Source of the DNA: Azolla caroliniana
Taxonomy: Eukaryota > Plantae > Polypodiophyta
Assembly: GCA_043228905.1 (NCBI GenBank)
Contig: JBHGNT010001250.1
Span: 1 to 10,629, forward strand
Direction of reading: 5' to 3'
Length of the DNA: 10,629 nucleotides
The notes below the pieces were generated by a model. The model was not told where the DNA came from. It did not search any database and saw only the letters and a list, made by a program, of their open reading frames with translations. The position numbers and the translations under genes are program-made. This document shows, one piece after another, positions 1-7,000 of this stretch; position 1 is the first letter of the stretch; each line of letters starts with the position of its first letter.

Positions 1-402
1 ATACACTCGTATTCGACATCCTTGTTGGTGCTAGACCTCTTAGCAAGAGGGTTAATAAACATATTCTTTATTTCCAATTGTCTAAGAGAGTGAGTGTGAG
101 AGAGATATTAGTGCTAATCATTTGTTAATCGTTAAGCGAGTGTGAGGTTCACGGGTGCTTGACAACCACCCTTGCCTAGTTTGCCACCAAAAGGGAATAC
201 GTCAGTCCAAGCTTCGCAAACGACATCGAGCGAAGGTTTAACTTCATCGATTCATAGAAATGTTCTCCGTGAGGTGCACAGATCCTACACAGCTCTCCCT
301 ACGATGGCTGGGTTCCTGCATTAATGCGTATCTCCAATGAGTCGGGGCTCTTACGATTCGGATGGTTCGGGTTCGTCGGGCTCACAATAAAGTGAATTTA
401 TC

Positions 403-485
403 CAGATCACACGGTGCAGATCGCACGTGCACGCGCCCTGCACTGTCCGTGGCCGCGATGCCCTCGCCAGGCGGGCCTATATTAT
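403..485 (+). promoter_or_regulatory. Putative THO2 proximal promoter: GC/CpG-rich patch with a G-box (CACGTG, 424-429) and a TATA-like element (TATATTAT, 478-485)
   Basis: The motifs are visible about 450-500 bp upstream of the ATG, in a locally GC-rich stretch followed by a CT-rich leader. The transcription start cannot be determined from sequence alone. Confidence 0.4.
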
Positions 486-621
486 GATTTGGTAGCAAGT
501 TAGACCATTCTGATGAATTTCATTTTGGATAGCAGAGATGCAGAAGAGAGCAACACCCAACAACACAACACAAACTTAACACACTACAAAATCCTTGCTC
601 TCTCATCATATATTCTCTCGA

Positions 622-687
622 TCTTCTTCTCCTTCTCTTTCTTCCTTCTCCTTCTCCTTCTCTTCCTTCTCCTTCTTCTCCTTCTTC
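622..687 (+). repeat. 66-nt pure polypyrimidine tract (CTT/CTC/CTTCTC compound microsatellite) in the upstream/5' UTR region
   Basis: There is no A or G between 622 and 687 on the + strand. Confidence 0.9.
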
Positions 688-893
688 ATCAATCAGACTC
701 TTGAGAGAATTGTTTAGCCACTCCACTCCACTCTGTCTCTCTGTCTGTTCCTCTGTCCGTCTGACAGACTAAGAGGCCACGAAAGCTTCCTCTCTCTCTC
801 TGATCTGGAACCATTTCCCAGAACAAGCAAAAAAAAGCAAAACGCCGCGAACAGCTTTCCTCCTCCCTCTGTTGTCTCTCGCTCTCGTTCCGA

Positions 894-917
894 TTCTTCT
901 TCTTCTTCTTCTTCTTC
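894..917 (+). repeat. (TTC)8 microsatellite 7 nt upstream of the start codon
   Basis: Perfect TTC x8 at 894-917. Confidence 0.95.
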
Positions 918-924
918 ATCGGCA

Positions 925-1050
925 ATGGCCGTGGAACGGAAGCATGTCAGCGAGGAGCTCATTCGTATTTGGAAGACCTCCTCAAGCTCTCAGAAGCTCC
1001 ATGTTCAAGTTCCTCCTGCACGCTTCATCTACGAGCTCTGCTGGACTGTG
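925..1050 (+). CDS. THO2: THO2 coding exon 1 (42 codons, [42 protein letters not shown])
   Basis: ATG at 925 in good context (gcaATGG). I saw no ATG between 541 and 924. Donor GTG|GTGAGT at 1051. [10 protein letters not shown] resembles the plant THO2 RFLYELxW motif. Confidence 0.92.
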
Positions 1051-4000
1051 GTGAGTGCCTTTCTCCTATTATTTTACCTTTTCCTTTGCTCTGTTGTCGC
1101 AATTTCTTTCCCCTATTTGTTTTCTCTGCTCGAAGACAAGAACATGGCAATCCTGTAGACTGCGTTCGAAAACGTGTACTTCATTTCTGCCTTTCATTAT
1201 CCTGTAGAAAATGAGATTTTATTTGCTTTTTCAAGAGAAGGGAATCATAAGGAAGTAACTCGTGTCTAAGAAAAAAAAGCTTTGATTCTGCTTTGTGTCT
1301 CACGAGGAGAATCAGATTTTATTTTCTCGTTTCAAGAGAAGGAAATGGTGAAAAACAAAACTTCAACTCCTACTCAAGGGAAAATGCCATTTCTTATGAA
1401 GAGAAAAAGCAGATTTTATTTGATGAAGAGAAGGGAATGGTAAGAATGTAGCTCATATTTGAGGAAAGCAGATAGTTTTTTCTTGGAAAAGCAGATTGCA
1501 TTTGCTGAAGAGAGGAAATGATGAAGAAGAAGCTTGCGCTCAAGGAAAGTACAATGTTTTCTTTCTAATGAAGAAGAAAAGGGGATTTTATTTGATGGAG
1601 AGAAGGAAATGATGGGGAAGTTGGTCGTGCTCAAGGAAAGCATATTTTAGTTGCTGAAGAGAAGGAAATGGCGGGAAAGTAGCCCATGTTCAAGGAAAGA
1701 AGACGTTTTTCTTTCTTATGAAGGGTAAAAACAGATTTTATTTGCTGAAGAGAATGAACGCATATTTAAGGAGAGCTAGCTTTTGCTAATCTTATGAATA
1801 GGAAAAGCAGACAGTATTCGATGAAAAGAGGGAAATGGTCAGGAAGTAGTTTGTCTTCAAGGAAAGCAGACTTTTCCTTTCTTATGAAGATGATAACTGG
1901 ATTCTATTTGCTGAAGAGAATGAACTCATATTTAAGGAGAGAAAACCTTTTTCTTTCTTATGAATCGGAAAAACAGACTTTATTTGATGAAAAGAAGGAA
2001 ATGGTCCAGAAGTAGCTAGTATTCAAAGAAAACTAAAGAGAAGGATCGGTGAACAGTTGCATTATTTCAGAAGTTTATGGGAAATTGTGAATTTCAAAAG
2101 TAGATTAAAATATCATAAGTGTCATCAGATTAAGAAGGAATGTGGAGTCCAAATTTCCCCAAAAGAATCAATCTAAGAGCCTGATCTGATGGTTTGAAGA
2201 GACTTCAAGTTGTGTAACGAACAAAATCAGATAAAAGTTTGGAGTTGTAGTTTCAGCTCAAAGAATGGCCTTGTTCTGGTTCTGATGCTCATTTGAAACA
2301 AATGAAAATGCAGAAGTGAGCATGATTTATCCATTCCTTCTCTATCCAAAGTAAACAGATTAACATAGATGTCCTCATTCCTAACTTTCAATAGGAATCA
2401 GCAACGGTTTGGTTTGAGCCAAATTTGAGCTGCAAAACCGTGGCTTTAATGGTTCAACCGTTTCATTTTGGTTCAGGTTTGAAATTTGTAAATGATTCAC
2501 TTCGGGTTCAGATTGGCGTGGGGGGTTGATGGGTTCAGTTTGAGCCTTTATCAGTGTAACGGTTTAATGACTAACTTTATAAATGATGTAATATATATCA
2601 TGAGGTTTTAACCTTGAACCTTAACAATTCTTTAAGATTTTAGTTTTCTATTGAGTGTTAAAAAAATAACTCTTTTGTGCAAAATTGAAAATTGAGTGTA
2701 CAGCCGCCAATAATTCTGTTTGAGCTGAAACTAAATGGCAGCATAATGGTTCATAGATCTCTTGAGCCATTTGTTTTGAGCTTGAAATCCCTCAAATGGT
2801 TTGGTTTAAAGGTTTACATTAAATGCTAGTCTATGAACTTCAAATTGCCAGGAAGTTGCCTATCTTTATCTCTAATATTTTGTATCGGGTCCTGATGGAC
2901 TAATCTAAGGACAATGCTTCAGATATTCCTGTGGTTCTTATTAGGTTAAATGCCTTGCCCACATCAGATTCCAGAACTTGTAATTACCTGAGACGTCAGA
3001 AACAACAGACAAATCTGGATTCATAAACTATAATTGAGATTGACAATAAGCCATGATTCTTATTAATTATAGGGTTCAGGTAATTGTTTGGGTAAGCAGG
3101 TGGCCTACATTAGATGCTACTCTATGAAAACTCAAATTGTCAGGAAGTTTCCTCTCTTTATCCCGAGTAGTTAATATTGGGTCATGATGGGCGAATCTGA
3201 GGATGGCGATTCAATATTCCTGTAATTCTATGATTATTAGGTTAAATGTCTTGCCCATATCAGACTCCAGAACCCTTAATTATGTGAGACATCAGAAATA
3301 ATGGAAAATGCCGGATTAGTAAACAATGATTCCAATTAACAATAAGCCATGATTCCTATTAATTGTAAGTTTCATATAATTGTTTGCCATTGTAGGTGGC
3401 CTACATTAGATACTACTCTATGAACCTTAATTGATCAGGAAGTTGCTTATCTTTATCTCTATTATTTCATATCAGGTTCTGATGAACTAATCTGAGGACA
3501 ATGATTTAGATATTCCTTTTGTTTCACTTGATATTTCATGTGATGAAGCAGATATTCTTATCATTGGGGCAGTTGTCAAGTGAGCGACAAGAAAGTGCCA
3601 GATGTTATTAGTGTATGATATGATTCAAATTAACCAAATGTTGATCATGAAAAAAATTCTAAAATTATAATGCAAGTATACCAAATTCAGTAATGTAATT
3701 TATTATCATTCAATCAGTTTAGAATTGTTGTGACATTGAAAACTATTTTCTGTTATGGTAATTAGGATTCACTTTTCAGAGGTGATGTGATTGTTTGAAT
3801 ATGTGAACTTGTTATATGCTTGATTTTCTGAGGTGGAGAACAGGTTATGAAGGGTTGAATGCTAATTTGAAGTATTGACACAATAGAACTAGATGCAATT
3901 GTTTGCTAATTATCAATGGAAAATGTTCATAGGTTCGTGGCGATTTACCTCTGAATAAGTTTCGACTTGCTTGGGATTCTGTGGACTTTGCTGAAACTGT

Positions 4001-7000
4001 AATAAAAGAGGAACAGTCATCCTTGCTTGCAGATACAATTGCTCATATGGGCCAGGAGGTATGTAGGAATCTCTGTTGTTTTCTTTGATTGTCCTATTCC
4101 TCTCTCCAATATCACTGTGATTGTTTGCAGTTAACTCTAACTGGAGATATGAGGATTCAACTAATTGAATTGGTAATGTGGATTATGTTCTTCATTTTAT
4201 CTCTCCTAATGATGTATCAAGCCATCAATTTTCTAAATTTTCGTTTCCATAAAGTTTCAGTTCTTTTTTTTTCATGTAATCTTAGGCTAAGTTGCTGGTT
4301 GACAATGGACTTGTTAGTGTGAGATTGCTTCAGGAGCGTTGTGAGGTACCTGAGTAATATATATGTCATTTTAAATTCCTGTGACAGTCCTGTAATCTAT
4401 ACATTATTGATTTCTGGTGTACTTGCTTGTTTCTTAGGCAGAATTTCTATGGGAAGCAGAAATGATCAAAATTAAAGCACCTGATTTAAAATCAAAGGAG
4501 GTGAGTGCGTGCTTACATGCCGTAGTGCAGTATTAAGATAGAGATGGAATCAGCACCTGGTGTTTATGTATTCTGATTTGTTTGAATCTAGTTGAATTTG
4601 ATGTATGAGTCTTCTTTGCATTGTGAATAACTTATCTTTAATGTTTCATGCTCCACTACTTCTTATTGGAAGTTTATGGACATAAAAATAAAGGACATCT
4701 TACTCAAGAATCATTATATCACATCCTAAGTGCTAATTATGCCCATGTATTAACTGCATAAGTATCATAAAGTCTGATTGATTAGAAACCACTTTAATCA
4801 TTTGATGTGGCCAATCATGTTTTAGATTCTTGAATCTGCAAACTTGATACTTGATAATGTGTGATTATCTATGCTGAAACCTGAGAATTTAATCATGTAA
4901 TGTGTCTTAATTGTCCTGTTTAAGTAATCCTATTAGAAGAGATATCCCTATATTTGAAGAAAGGAGTGTAGTATTTTCTGCTGTTCTAAAAATGTGTTCT
5001 GGTTGTCATGTATAGGAAAGGGAAACTCCTGCATTAGACACTGATATGAAACTTAAATCATACAATGTGGCTATTAATTTATACATAGTTCTGGATGGAA
5101 ACAAACACATGTTTTCACTGTATTGTCTGGACGCTTGTATGTATTTCCTATATGGTTTTGAAATAGATTTCTCTTATTTTATTCTGGACAGTAGACTTCC
5201 TTCGTCTCTACGCCTTCTCATCATTCTGTGGATGAGCAATAAAAGTGCAATGTGTCGTTTCATGTTGACATGGTAGGGAATACTGGCCATAGGATCTACT
5301 TCACAATATGCATGAATTGTTATGATTTTTTTGTGTACTGTGCTCTTGTAGTTACATATTTCTAGTTTTACCCTCTGTTGTTTATTTTTTTATTACTCGT
5401 CTTTAATTCTTTAATTGATTTACATGTGTGCATAAAATTTAATCTCTTATTCAGTCTTATATGACATTTTGGCTTTGTAAAAAACTTTAATATATCTTTC
5501 TCTTATTATCGCTTCGGAGACATTTCCATTCTGGATCGACCTATGCTAGAGATCTTTCGAAGACAAAAGCTACAATATACCTAACTTGAGAATCTCACAT
5601 GTGCCAAAAACCAGATTCCCTCGTTTTTTCTCTTTTCATCTTATTTACATTTATATTTACTGTGTAATATTTATTTTATTTTGATTTGTTCTCAAAGACG
5701 AGAAAACACTCAAAATGTAATCTCTTATTTGGTCTTATTGGCCATTTTGGCCTCTTAAAAGACGTTAATATATCTTTCTTTCTTTCTTTCTTTCTTAGAA
5801 AAGGCTTTCCATTAGTTGTACAAAAGAAATTCAGGTTATTGAGAGAACCAGCACATAAGAAACCATAGAGAAATAAGACTATTCTATACTTGTATCATCT
5901 TGATCACTTTGAACTCTGTAGCCAGTTTTATTGTTTATATCTTGTGTTTGCATTTTTCTTTCTTCATTTTGTATACAGAACACTTTATGCTGTGCACTAG
6001 ATTTGTGCTGTTGCACAATTTTGCCTTGAGAAAATATTTATGACTTCCATTTGTATTGTATCATTCTTCTTTTGTATTCTCTTCCTGGTGTCCTCTCTCT
6101 GCTCTCGGGATATACTTGTGAAAATGCTATGGGAAACAGCGTTGATTAGTTCTCCACAGAAGCTAGAGGTGTTTGAATTAATATTAAGATTGAAGTTCCA
6201 CTCTCAATAGAACTTATAATTTTAAGAGCAACATGACTTTTTGATTGTCGTACATTCCCATTGTTATGTAAGCACTCATAGGAAAATACAAAATCCTCTA
6301 CTTTTTATTTCCAGGTTAGAGTTAATACACGATTGCTGTATCAGCAGACAAAGTTCAATCTTCTACGAGAGGAAAGTGAAGGCTATGCAAAGCTGGTATG
6401 AATAATGAAATGGGACATAATCTGAGTTAATGGATGCTTTATTTTTGGTAAAGTTGATTTTGTGTAGGTTCATTCGTTTTCTTTTTCTTTTGATGGATCT
6501 AGCAGGGTACACTCTTAATTCGGAGGGGCCAGGATGGGTTGATTAAGCAGACAGTTCCTGTTGTGATAAGCACTATCAAGGTTTCCTTTATAGTTTACAT
6601 ACCCTTGTGATTTTGTTTATGGCAGTTAATGAATAGTCATGCTTTGAAGTTGATCTACTTCATGATTACTAATGAATTGAAATTCAATAAAATCAAGTTT
6701 TTCTTAGAACTATTTTTATGCTAGAATCTAGAACTTGGGCTTTCTGAAAGGAGTCGCTAAAGCTTCTGAAAACTTACAAGAAAACAAATAGAAGATGTCC
6801 TTGTAATGTGGACTACTACTAGGAGAATATGGTGCAAGTAAAAGTGAGTGAAATAAAGGATCCAGCAAGAATATGGTGTTGTCAACATTTTCTAGATATC
6901 CATGAATTCCATCTTTGATATTATGGATGATTCTACTGTCACTGGTGATTTGCAAGCTGTAATCGAGTTTGAGATGTAGGCACTAGGGTATTAGTTAGCA

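Noticed and set aside
1-400. Possible upstream gene or transposon end
   Set aside because: No ORF, terminal repeat or recognisable motif beyond a short GA/GT run (about 86-105) and small palindromes expected by chance.
520-1054. Overlapping short ORFs with poly-E, poly-K, poly-R and poly-L runs on both strands
   Set aside because: These are translations of the CT/TTC microsatellites, with no sign of real coding potential.
925-1158. 77-aa ORF with a hydrophobic, transmembrane-like C-terminal tail
   Set aside because: Only 925-1050 is exon. The rest is read-through past a strong GTGAGT donor into T-rich intron, which naturally encodes F/L-rich sequence.
1214-2035. Repeat-spacer-like periodicity suggesting a CRISPR array
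   Set aside because: The context is a eukaryotic intron. The repeats are degenerate, the intervening sequences are related to each other, spacing is irregular, and there are no cas genes.
4089-4322. 77-aa ORF in the track
   Set aside because: It contains true exon 3 (4131-4172) in frame, but the remainder is intron or out-of-frame exon 4.
5731-5754. Intronic sequence translating as GLIGHFGL, resembling exon 8 SLIGHFDL (shared ATTGGCCATTT)
   Set aside because: There is only an 11-nt identity, the similarity does not extend to DPNRV, and splice sites are absent. The other copies of the same repeat differ here, so it is most likely coincidence and not a duplicated exon.
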